A stretch of DNA of 64,000 nucleotides, taken from Camelus dromedarius. Its lineage: Eukaryota. The position numbers were made by a program, and so were the translations under genes. The notes beneath the pieces are model-generated. The model was not told where the DNA came from. It made no database searches and saw nothing but the letters and a program-made list of their open reading frames with translations. Location of the stretch: contig NC_087436.1 of assembly GCF_036321535.1 (NCBI RefSeq), forward strand, positions 6,944,001 through 7,008,000, read 5' to 3'. Of the stretch, positions 24,584-35,612 are shown in pieces. Positions within the stretch are counted from its first letter, which is position 1. Each line of letters starts with the position of its first letter.

Positions 24584-24692
24584 TCCTCCTCCTGGGGAAA
24601 GAGCTGCCCCTTCCACGGTGTTACTCCTCTCCAATGATTCCTCCTCCTGGGGGAAGAGCTGCCCCCTCCCAGGGTGTTACTCCTCTCCCATG
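24584..24692. repeat. Tandem duplication, two copies of a ~55-bp unit
   Basis: tcctcctcctggggRaagagctgcccc...ggtgttactcctctccMatg begins at 24584 and at 24639. Confidence 0.9.
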
Positions 24693-26029
24693 TCCTGTCC
24701 CCTTTCCCTCACATAGTGACTCTGCCAGTGTCTCCCATCCTTACAAAGTTTTCCTCTGGCTCTTTCATCCCATGGTTGTCCTGCTTCCTCCTTCCTGATG
24801 GGGCCAAACTTTTATTTTATTTTACACTAAAGTCTCGTTATAACATTTATTTATTCTTTATTTTTCCTTCCCACCCGCACCTCCCACACACACCTTGTTA
24901 GAACATGCTTACAAAAGTGCTCATCTATCACCTAGGTTGCTTAAGAAAGTATCTCAAACCTCTTTTCCTTTCTTCCCCAGCAGGGTGTTACCACTGTTTG
25001 AAATGTCCTTCTTGTCCGGTTTCCGTAACTTTCCTTGGGTCTGTGTATAAGGAAAAGGCAAATCCTGAGGTTTTCACTGACTCGGAAGAGTGGTATCTGT
25101 AAAGGCTTAGCCTTCGCACAGACTTGCAGGTTAAGGATGTTCAGCCACATGTCCTGTATGGAAGCATGAAAATTCAAACACATACCCGTGCGCACACATA
25201 CCCACAAGCAGACTGACTTCAGAAGGCTGCTTTGTGCTCCTATGGTGATACTTCAGGGGTTCTTGGCAATAATGATACTTGTATATTTACTGTAAGTCTT
25301 TGAATGAAAATGTTTTCTTTTCATGGTGAATACAAGAGTAGTTAAATAAAGGGATTTAAAACCGTATTTAGTCTCTAAACCCCACCCGGGCCGGGACTGT
25401 GTTTGCGTTTCAGATTTACATTTGTCGTGACGTCGGCACAGGAATGTGCACCTGGTCTTCTCTGTTATTTTTTTGTGCTTATTTCAAAGGGAGCTCCTCC
25501 TTTGCTAGGTGAGCAGATCACGGCCTTCATGATGGTCTAACTTCCTGATAAAACAGCGGACTGCACCTTCGGTGTGAGGTTCTTTGTGTCGATTTTCCGT
25601 GAAACTACTTAGCAAATAAAAACCTCTAACTCCTCTTAAATATAGCTGTTTAAAGTAATGCGTTGTCAACAGATAAGACTTACTACTTCCTGTGCTTTCT
25701 GGTGACTGGCTCAAGGTGAACTGGCCCGGGGCCCTTGTCGCTGGGCTGGGCAGATTTGGTTTGAATTTGGTATCTGACAGCTGCAAGTTTTCCTTAGCAT
25801 TTCTGGACGCCAGTTTTCTCTAGATGAAAAGAGGTTTGTCGTGAAAGTGAAATTGCAGTGTGTAACTCTGAAAGATGCAGATTTGTAAATTAATTTTGGT
25901 AGTTTTCAAAAGAGTTGACTTTGGCTGCTCTTATAAATTTGATAAATTGTTCTTCAAACCCTTGGATACATAGCCTCTGCCCTCAGTGCAGCTGAGTCAC
26001 TCATTGAGGAATTATGCTAAAGAGTATTA

Positions 26030-26116
26030 GGGGAGGGTGTAGCTCAGCGGTAGTGTGTGCTTAGCATGCGTGAGGTCCTGGGATCAATCCCCAGTGCCTC
26101 TATTTTTAAAAAAAAA
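26030..26116 (+). mobile_element. tRNA-Ala-derived camelid SINE (vic-1-like), short form
   Basis: ggggagggtgtagctcagcggtag...gaggtcctgggatcaatccccagtgcctc plus A tail; pol III A and B boxes. Confidence 0.88.
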
Positions 26117-27299
26117 GGGTTTATTGAATAACTTTGTAACTCACAAGATATTATTCCTTCATTTCCTGTTTCAAATGGATTTTATAAATTTAAGAGTGAC
26201 TGCACAGGGAGCCTGCAGAACTTTCGTCTTTACTAGTTTTCAGTAGTTTATATTATTCATTCTGCTTGTTAAGTGAATTATGAATAAAAAAAAATCCTCC
26301 AAACTTTCAAAACATAGTATTTTTCAAAAATAAAAATACTTTCAAAATGCTTTATTTTAATACATTTCAAATAAAATATTTTCAAAATAAAGCTAAAAGA
26401 GCCTTAATATTTCCATCAGCTTTCAGGGTTCTTATGGATGTTACGGATTTACCCTATTTGCTGGTTTCAAGCCCCTGAAATTGAATTGGTATCAAGAAGA
26501 GAGCAGAATTTTCTTAAAAACCTAATGTTGAACTAGCACTTTTTTTCCTTCAGAGTTTTGAAGAATTAAAGTGAAGTAACTTCCTTATAATTTAAAACTT
26601 TCAGGAACTAGAACAAAAAAGTTACCCTCTACTTTTAAAATGTGTTTTCATACGTGTGGGAATTTGATTATGTACTTCTGTATAAATAATTATTATGAAG
26701 TGTATACTTTCCTCATGCAGTATTGCTGTTCTGTAGGTTAGAAATGTAAACTTTAACTCTTGGTAGAGCTCCTTCTAAAATATGTCCCACACTTTATGCC
26801 CAAGTAAAACTGGCACCTGCACCTGGCCTTTTTTCGACCTTGACCTGGCATCGTTAGGGCCCTGCGCTAGGCCGCCATTGCAGTAGCTTTTCTCGGCAGC
26901 TCGCTTTGTGCCGTTGGCCTTACAAAAATACATAATACGTATTTTGTCTTTGAGCTTAAAGCTTAGAGACCCACCAGAGGAGCAGAAAAGAATTAGTAAA
27001 CTTTTTGATAAATCCAGTAACAGGAGTGATGGAATGTATTGTGAAAAAGAGGAAAGCCATCTGCATATGGGAAGGTGGCGGCTGTTGGAACTTCTGTTTT
27101 CAGACCTGGGACACTCTGTTCCTAGGAAATCCCCCTCAGCCAGCAGCAGGAGCTGTTACCGCGGGCAGAGGGCTGGCCGGGTTTCTGTCCAAGGGGCTCG
27201 CCAGTCCACATGGAGACCCAGCTGCCGACTCCCACGAAAGGGTGGAGGGTCACCTGTAAAGTTATTCCTACTTGGCTGTTGGCATAGTCGTGTACTTGA

Positions 27300-28155
27300 G
27301 AGTAGGCGTCTGCGCGGGTCGGAAGTGTGTAGTAACAGCACGGGGGCGGGGACCGCGGCCCTGGACTGGAGCAGGGGCTCCGGCTAGGAGAGGCCTGCCT
27401 GGGAGGGGAGCCCCCGGAACGCGGTGGGTGGAGACGCAGAAGATTCGGGGAGACCCCTGCTTCCCGGCGTTCTCCTTGGGTGAGGCTGCCGGGACCGCAG
27501 ACGGAGGGAAAGGACAGGTGTGTTTCTAGCCGGGTCACCGGTGCTTGGCCCTCCGGGGTTCCTCGCTGGCCGTCTCCGCCTACTTACTGGGACTTTGATG
27601 GCCTTCACTTACTTCCCGTTCTGGTGTCCTAGGTCCAGACGTGGAGCCAGCAGTCCCGCTCCCCGGGTGCGCACGGCGAGCATCCTGGGCGGGAGAAGGC
27701 AGCCTCTCTTCCGAACACGCCGGAAAAGCCGGTGTTCCGTCGTACCTGACCTCCCCCCTCCCCTTGCGCGGCTTCCTCTCCCGTTTCCGGACCTTCCTGC
27801 CCCAGCGCCCACTCGTGTTCGCGGAGCCGTCTGCGCATCCGCGTGGGATCCCGGGTACTGCCGTCCGCATGCGGCGCGGACGGGCCCCGCGCCCCGCCCG
27901 CCGCCCTCCGTCCGCGCCCGCGGGAGGGGTCCCTTCCCGGACCGGCCCCTCCGTGCCCGGACCTCTGGTCCCGGATGGTTTGTCGTTGTCTGGGTACCAT
28001 CCCTGCAGTTCCCTTGGTTGACACCTTCCTCCCCAAACACAAATGCACAGACCTCGGTGAGGGGTCCGCGGGCGGCTGGCGGCGGGCGGGCTTTCAGCCC
28101 GGTGTCCGCGGGGTCAGTGCGCGTGGCCGCAGCCGCTGCCCCTCGGCTTCTGTGA
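27300..28155. promoter_or_regulatory. Intronic CpG island
   Basis: ~850 bp with very dense CpG and GC boxes (ccccgcccgccgccc, ggcgggcggg). Confidence 0.7.
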
Positions 28156-28544
28156 CAGCCTTTCTCCTGCTCCCTCCTGCCCTTTCCTGCCCCTTCCTGC
28201 AGCCTTGGAGTTTTCAGTGTATCAACAACTGAATGAAATAGCTTTCCCCCAGGTCATTTCTTTGCCGTCTAATGATCACCGGTACTGGTTTAACCTGTCT
28301 CCTTGGATTTACTCTCCCAGCCCCCTTGCCGACCCAGCGTGGTCCCACGTGTGAGCCCCCTCCCCTCTGAGCCGGAATGTGGCGGACCTGCAGCGCTTCA
28401 GCGTGCAGACACCGCCACCCCGTGGGCATCCACGGTATTGCTCCGGACAGTCGCCGAGCCCGGCTTCATTTTCCCAGTTCCTGCTAAGTTGAAGCTCACG
28501 TCTTTGACTTTCAGACACTTTAATACTGTCTCCGAGTTGGTGTA

Positions 28545-28900
28545 TAATCAACTGTTAGTTCATTTATTGATGAAATATCTGAGTGCCAGTCGAGCGTTAT
28601 ATGGTGTGTGTATGAGAGATTCTGATGAGTTAGAAGAGTTTGAAAGCTAATGGGGGAAAACTTCTGAAGTGATTACAACACCCTGGCAGCTGCGTCATGG
28701 GACCAAGTACAGAGTGCCCTGGGGACCCAGGAGGAGGATGACTCACTTTATTGAGAAGATGTTAAATCGTTTCTCAGAGGAAGTAGTAGTTGACCTGGGC
28801 TTCAAAGGGTGAGTAATGCGTTTACTAGGCAAAGGCACTCCGTGAGACTGGGTCAGCGGGTTTGTTCAAAGGTCCTGAGGCACAGGGGAGGGGAGAGCAC
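28545..28900 (-). mobile_element. L2 3'-end remnant
   Basis: ttcatttattga...gagtgccag and cagaggaagt...ttgacctgggcttcaaagggtgagta are typical of antisense L2. Confidence 0.6.
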
Positions 28901-30559
28901 AGTATGGCTGGACAGCATGACAGTTGTCACCTCGGCTGTGTTGGGTCGGGAGCATAAAGTGAGGTCGTAGGTTGGTTCCTGCAGGGAGGAAAAGGGAGGA
29001 GGAGAGCCTTTGTTTTTTATGCGCTTGTTTTGCAAGGGCCTTGATGGATATTGTTTCATTAGATCAAAGTTGTGAAGGAGGCCTGATATCCCCATGTGCA
29101 GCTGTGGAGCTGGACCCCAAAGCTCCCTTCGCCGGGATGATGGTGGCTGGGGCAGGATGTGTGTCCCCAAGCCCGTGCTCTCTGCCTGGCTCCATCCTAC
29201 TTCTCCTGGGGGCTGCACCGAGGGGCTGGGCTTCCTCCTCCCAGGGAACCTGGGTCACAAGAGGAAGCAGGTCCTGGTCTCATTTACCTGAGTAAACGCT
29301 GACTGACATCCTGCCCTGTGTCCACGATGCCTGAAGGAGCTCCAGTGGGGGAAGGTGGGGAACAGAGAGCTTGGGAGTGGGACTGAGGTAGGGAAGGACA
29401 ACATAGGACAAGTGGGTGGGGAATGCATCCTGGAATGAATGAGATCCCGCAGAGGAAGGCTGACTTAGGAGGTGAAGAGGACCAGGCGGCGGGTCACAGA
29501 CAGGAGCCCCCCACAGCAGCGGGGCTTGTGCTGAGGGCAGCAGGAGGTAAGGTGGGAAAGAGTGGGGCGGGGGGTGTGCCCCCACCCCCATCCCATTCCA
29601 GACCTGCCATCCCAGTGGGCCTGGAGGAGGGGCCGGTCCAGCACGACTGCTCCGGGTCCTTCTCTCAGGTCTCACTGAAGGCGAGCTGATCGTTTTTGCT
29701 GGCCTGTCTCGTTTTGTTTTGTTTTGCTTGGCTGTCTTCCCTTTCCTCAGTGCTTGTCGCAGGCAGGGCTCCGTGGCTTCCCGGTGGCGGGGTGCAGCGT
29801 GGGGGCTGGGACCCGGCCTGCCCTTGTGGCTCTCTCTCTCCAACTCCATCTGGAAGTTGCAGGGCTTCTCTGAGCGTCTGGCCGGGTGATGGAGGGACCT
29901 GCAGAGGTCTTCCTTCCTGCACGCGCCTCTGTCGTCTTCAGGGTTTTCCCTCTGCCTGTTACTGGTGCTGGAAGACTCGGTTACCAGGACATGCTCAGTC
30001 ATGGTCATCCCAAGATTCCTAGCTTTAGGCATCTCAGCAGCCCTTGACGGGACTCCTTAGCGCATAGTTGAATGACATAAAACAACTATTTGAGAAAAAT
30101 TAAAGTAATATTGGTGAATAAGACCCACAAAACTCGTGACATGGGCAGTGACAGGGCTGTCACTTTTCCCTGCCTTTTGTTCTCATTTGGGCTTGATCCC
30201 GAGATAGTTTTTCTCAAGGTTGTTCAGCCTGACAAGTGCAGGGATAAGAACGACCGGGGATATTTGTTTAAAGGCGCTGTGACGGCTCTCCCAGCAGTGG
30301 TCAGACACTGGGGCCGGGTGGGATGGGTAGAGCCTGGGACAGGCACTTGAAGGGAGCGTCCTGGCTCATGTGCATGTATGTGGAAGCCGGACAACCACCA
30401 GACAGGCTTAGATCTCAGTGTCAATCCTAGGTGTGTGAAGGTCATGACAGCCAGTCTCCAGCCGCTCCCTGGCCGCCCTGCCCAGCGCCGCCCGCCTGGG
30501 CCCCTGCACTCACCCCCTTGCCCCGGGCCAGGGGCCCCACTCCAGGGGCCCCACTCCTC

Positions 30560-30833
30560 TGCTCAGACAGGCTCTTCTTTCAGCGAGACTCGTCCTGACC
30601 ACGCATTTAAAATTGTATCGCCCACCCCTGTTTTCCTTGCCCTCCACTAATTTACGCCCCAGAGCATGGACTTGTAATTTACTGATGTATTTTTTTTTAT
30701 TGTCTGTTGTGTGTATTGTCCCCCCAGGATATAAGCTCCATGAGGTCAGGGATCTTTGTTGTTGTTGTTTTGTGAGGTGTCCTAAGGTCACCTGGAACAG
30801 CCCTCACTGTGAGGTGTTAAACGTTTGTTAGAC
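30560..30833 (+). mobile_element. L2 3'-end remnant
   Basis: taagctccatgaggtcagggatctttgtt...aaacgtttgtt matches the L2 terminus. Confidence 0.7.
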
Positions 30834-31672
30834 AAATAGGCAGACTCCCCCAGGAGGGCTGCAGGAGGCCAGGAGCCTCTGGGGTGCACCGCCTGGGGAG
30901 GACCCCTGACTGTGTTTATCAGGGTCACGAGGGTGTGGCCTTTCACCCCCCAGCTGGACTTCTGGTTACTCATCACAGTTACTGCTGGAGGTACAAGATC
31001 ACTCATTACAGTCTGAATTTTCTTTTAACTGCATACATTAAACCCACTGAAATGGCAGCAGGAGGGGGCTGCTTCAGTCCAGCAAGGCATGTCTGGACTG
31101 AACAAGAAAGCCATCTTCTGATGAGAAGGCCTCTAAGAGCACAAAGGGAAGAACACTGTACAGCATGCTGTCTGTGCTGTAAAATGGAAAAAAAGGTGGA
31201 GGAGGGCATAAGAATGGGCCAATTTTTGTGTACGTGTGTGTAAGGAAATTCTGAAAGAATTCCAGCACATCTGGTGCAGGGACGTGGGAGCTTGGTGGAC
31301 AGGGAAAGAGGGGGAGCTGAGTCTCACTGCTGACCTCTTTATATTTTTTGTTTTATGAAGCAAGGGAAAGTCTTTTCAGATTGAAAAGATTAGATGAAAA
31401 AATAAAACTTATAAAAAATAAAATAAAGTGCTATAGGTCTGAGGAACATTTAAAACATTTAAGTATGCTGATAAATACATTTAGCTTATTTGGGTATTAA
31501 AAAACGGACTCCAATAGCTAAATAATGATATTTTATGTGCCTGTGTTATGCCATTCATTGTTTTTCAGGATTCTAGGATTAGCATGGGTACTATACTTGG
31601 TGCTATGTATGTTTTTAATTTTTATTTTTTTCGTTAGAGATAACCGGCTAATTTTATTGTCTTTTCTTTCAG

Positions 31673-31756
31673 CCCTGATGATATTGGGACCTGCTGGTAT
31701 ATCCTACTCTCTGGTTCCGTGTTCATTAAGGAGTCCATGTTTCTTCCACGCAGCAG
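31673..31756 (+). CDS. RAPGEF2: RAPGEF2 coding exon; 84 nt, (Y)PDDIGTCWYILLSGSVFIKESMFLPRS(S), core of the N-terminal cNMP-binding-like domain
   Basis: cttttctttcAG acceptor, AG|gtactg donor. WYILLSGSV is a typical cNMP-binding beta-strand motif. Phase 2-2. Confidence 0.96.
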
Positions 31757-32877
31757 GTACTGTACACATGTTTCTGTGGTCCCTCTTCCACGAAGCTGGC
31801 CGTCCTTCTGTGGAATTCCTCTCTCTGCCTCTCTCCTCTTCTGACAGAGCGGGGCCGCACCTCGGCTGCTGGCATAGAGATCTTTAAGAAAGGACTGTTG
31901 AATGTTGTAGCCCCAGTTCCAGCCTCTTAAGGGGGAGGACAGAGGAAAGGTGGGGGGACTGAGTCTCTCCGTTTACTTCTTTGTATTTTGCACATGTGAC
32001 ATGACCACACCAGGTCAGGGAGCGCCCGTGCGTTGGTCAGGAATAGACCTGCGTCTGTGACGGGCTTCACTCTAGTCTGCAGAGAGGCAGGGAGCGGTCC
32101 CTGGGGCCAGGGGACTTGGAGCCGGGAGCGGGGAGCGGGGCGGGCGGCCGCCTGTCTGTCTGCTGCCAGTCCGTGTGCAGGGCCCCCTCCAGCCATCGGG
32201 GCTGCCCTCCCCGGGACTCGGATCCCCTGTGCTGACTGCTACGGAGGGCCCTCGTCCCCAGCGTTGGCACGCTTGACCCTGATGCCTGGGTCTTTTCTCC
32301 AGACCCTGCAGACTGGGTCTGGTGGGCGGGGCGGGGCGCCGTGCACTGGCCTGGCTGCCTCTGCAGGGGTCCTGGTGCTCCAGAGACCCCCAGTTTCAGT
32401 TGTTCTCCCCCAAATGTGCGCTTTTCACAGTTAAGTATGTTTATTTTGATTAAAGGCTTTTTAAAATCTTAACTGATTTCATATCTTTATTTAAAATTAC
32501 TAGATAAGTATTTTTTTTAAATTGACTACATTAATTAAAGTGTGGTGGCCTGCGCCCCTCCTGCCCCACCTCCTGTAACCTCACTCTCATCAGAATGTGA
32601 AAGTATAGCCCTGATGATCCTCCTGAACGGGCCAGGGACGTGGTAGGACAGTGCTCTGAAGATGTGCACGCGTTTCTGTAGGAAGAGCGAGTGAGCCGGG
32701 AGAGGTGGTTTCTGTTGTTCTAGGGGACGCCCAGGGGGCCGGGCTGGGCCTGGGCAGCAGTGAGGAAGGCCGGGGTGCAGCGCGGGGCCAGGCCTCCTTG
32801 TCCTCGGCGCCCCCCAGGTCAGGTCGGCCGGCCCCCGATGGAGAGGCGCCCTGCTGCCGGTTTGGTGGTGGCGGTTC

Positions 32878-33177
32878 TTTTTTTATTTTTTATTGAAATG
32901 TAGTTGGTTTACAATGTTGTGTTAGTTTCTGGTGTACCATGTAGTGATTCAGTTAAACATGTATATATTCATTTTCATATCCTTTCTCATTCTAGATAAT
33001 TACAAGATACTGAATCTAGTTCCCTGTGCTGTGCAGTGGAAACTTGCTGTTTATTTGCTTTATATACAGTGGTTTGCGTCTGTTAATCCCAAACTCCCAG
33101 TTTGTCCCTCCCCTCTTTTCCCCTTTGGTAACCATAGGTGTGTTTTCTGTCTGTGAGTCTGTCTCTGTTTAGTAAAT
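32878..33177 (-). mobile_element. L1 3' UTR fragment
   Basis: T-rich tail, then ttgaaatgtagttggtttacaatgttgtgttagtttctggtgtac...; homologous to the reverse complement of ~49400-49690. Confidence 0.88.
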
Positions 33178-33180
33178 TGA

Positions 33181-33285
33181 CCACTTAAAAGAATTAGAGA
33201 AAGAAGGACAAACAAAACCTTAAGTTAGCAAAAGGAAAAAGTAACAAAGATCAGGGAGGAAACGCAATAGAGATGAGAGGCGAGA
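33181..33285 (+). mobile_element. L1 ORF2 fragment from the EN-RT linker region
   Basis: Translates HLKELEKEGQTKP*VSKRK, matching the L1 ORF2 HLKELEK...PK.SRRKEI motif. Confidence 0.75.
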
Positions 33286-33837
33286 GACAAAAGTGAACGT
33301 CAAGCAGGTCTGTTGTCCTTAAGCAGCAGCAGGTGCGGGATGTCCTGGTGCTGGCGTCGTCACAGAGGGAGGTGACAGTCGTCCTGGAATGCGGTGATGC
33401 GAGAGCAGCTCGGGCTTTGACAGGGAGTGCTGTCTGCTCGCAGGCATCGTCCAAGAAGCTTTGTGTCTGTCCAGTCGTGTAATTTCATGACTGCCCTTCG
33501 GGGTGGGTGCGAGGGTGACCTGCTTTCATAGCTGAGGAGCCCAGAGGTGCAGCTGCTGGGGATGCCCCCAGATTCTGCCCAGGAGGCCTGCGCCCCCCAT
33601 GGGTGGGCCCTGTAGCTCGAGGGCTTGTGTCCTTGAGGAGCATAGAGGGAACGCTGCCCACTGTCCTGTTCTTCCCACACAGGACCTACCCTCTGTTCTC
33701 TTCCTGGAGGCTCTGCCTCTGTTTCTGAACTTGGGAGTGGGTGTAGGCAAATAATATTCAAGCATCAGCATGTTTTAAAAATTACGTATAATTTTAATGT
33801 AAAAAGCAATGATAATTGCTATATAAATGATCAGCAA

Positions 33838-34011
33838 GGGGGAGGGTACAGCTCAGTGGTAGAGTGCGTGTTTAGCACACAAGAGGTCCTGGATTCAATC
33901 CCCAGTACCTCCTCTAAAAATAAACAAACAAACAAACAAACAAACAAACAAACAAAACTAGTTACCTCCCCCCGAAACAAAATAAAAAATAAATAAATAA
34001 GATATTTTTAA
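33838..34011 (+). mobile_element. vic-1-like SINE, long form with (AAAC)n linker
   Basis: tRNA-like head; TSD aaatgatcagca (33825-33836) / aaatcatcagca (34012-34023). Confidence 0.9.
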
Positions 34012-35116
34012 AAATCATCAGCAGTACAGAGAAGGAAACATACCACCTGAAGTCTCTCGTCCAAGATCATCATTCTTGAATACTCTGGGCTTTTTCCAGT
34101 CTAGTCCTATGTGTATGTGTTCTGCATACTTAAGAGCGTGCTTTATAAATGGTTTAATATCTTGCCCTTTCAATTAAAGAATATGTATACATACACTTGC
34201 CTTGTAACGTCAAAACCTCTTTGTAAAGGCTTCGTCTTTATGCATTTTGATGTCTGTTTAATGTTCAGTTGTTTGAACTTCCCACAATTCAGTTAATAAT
34301 TGTAAAGGGTAAATTTTCGATACTTTTTCTTACAAATAACACTATAGTGAATGTGATTTAAAATTTATGCATCTTGGAGAGAACCGAGGTTGGTGACTTC
34401 CTCACCATTGCTCTGCGAGGTCTGTTGTACCAATCTGTGGACAATTCCCAGAATCGCAGAGGAGCCCGGGGTGGCCTTTTCCTGACAACCAGCCACTGTC
34501 AGCTAGTCAAGTCACAGCTTGTCCTAACTTCCGGACAGGGGACCCAGTGTTCGGAAAGCTGCTGTTCCAGAAGAAAGGGGACTTGCAGTTCAGGCTTGTT
34601 TCATGAGCACATTGGATCCCATGTCTAATTATTTTCAAAGATGCCATAAGCGACTCTCTCTGGCTGGATGTCAGATGCTCGCGAGTCAGGACTCTTGTGG
34701 CATGAAGGCTGGAGTAGCGTTCCAGGCGGAATGATAAGCCGGTGCTAAATATAGGCGATTTCCTCATGCTGCACCTGGCGGCCTCGGCCGTGTCCACGCT
34801 GTTTGTTTCCTTTGGAGATGTGGCCTTAGGAATAGCACTGAGATTGTTCTTGTTGGAAGGAGCCTCTACGGGGCTGCGTTAAAGGTGGACATTAGTGATT
34901 CCAGGAAACACTGAGGTTTGGTTAAAGCACAATATGGATTAGGTGTTAGTAACAGTCTGTTTTTACAAAACAACTGGTTCACAGAGGACTCCACATTTAC
35001 CACGTTTTTATCCTGTCAGGCTGGAGATTGGCTATCAGTGCGCGTAATAAGTAACCTGATTGTTCTCTTGAAAGTGTCAACTCATTTTGACAGGTGATTC
35101 AGCTCAAACAGTTAGT

Positions 35117-35248
35117 GTTTTTTGGTTTTTTTTTTTGAAGGGGGGTGTAATTTATTTTGTTTATTTTTAGAGGAGGTACTGGGGATTGAACCCAGGACCT
35201 TGTGCATGCTAAGTACACACTGGACCACTTGAGCTACACCCCACCCCC
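35117..35248 (-). mobile_element. vic-1-like SINE
   Basis: gaggtactggggattgaacccaggacc...gagctacacc; TSD aacagttagt / aacggttagt. Confidence 0.9.
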
Positions 35249-35468
35249 AACGGTTAGTTCTGGATCAAAGTACTTTGGACAACATTTTCATGTTTTTAAC
35301 TGCTTCTCATGAAATTGCTCTGACACCTGACACCATTAAGCGAGAAGGGTGATGTACGTTGCAGAAAGCCTGTTGTTTGGCTTCCAAATTTCTTTAGCTT
35401 CACTGAATTCCTCAGTTGACATTTAGGTCAGCATTTTATATTTTTAAAATTAATTAACTAATTTCAAC

Positions 35469-35612
35469 TTTTTTTTGAGTTTGGTTTTTTGGGGGGAGAG
35501 GTAATTAGATTTATTTATTTGTTTGTTTATTTTTAACAGAGGTACTGGGGACTGAACCCAGGACCTTCTGCATGCTAAGCATGTGCTCTACCACTGAGCT
35601 CTCCCCACCCCC
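35469..35612 (-). mobile_element. vic-1-like SINE
   Basis: gaggtactggggactgaacccaggacc...catgctaagcatgtgctctaccactgagct. Confidence 0.9.

Noticed and set aside
26030..26102. tRNA-Ala-like gene (and nine similar copies)
   Set aside because: A-rich tails, target-site duplications and copy-to-copy divergence show these are SINEs, not tRNA genes.
27520..28232. Several overlapping long ORFs on both strands
   Set aside because: Expected from stop-codon scarcity in a CpG island; no protein-like signal.
29280..30032. 250-aa ORF on the - strand
   Set aside because: Crosses simple repeats and degenerate repeat-like sequence; no domain recognised; antisense to the host gene.
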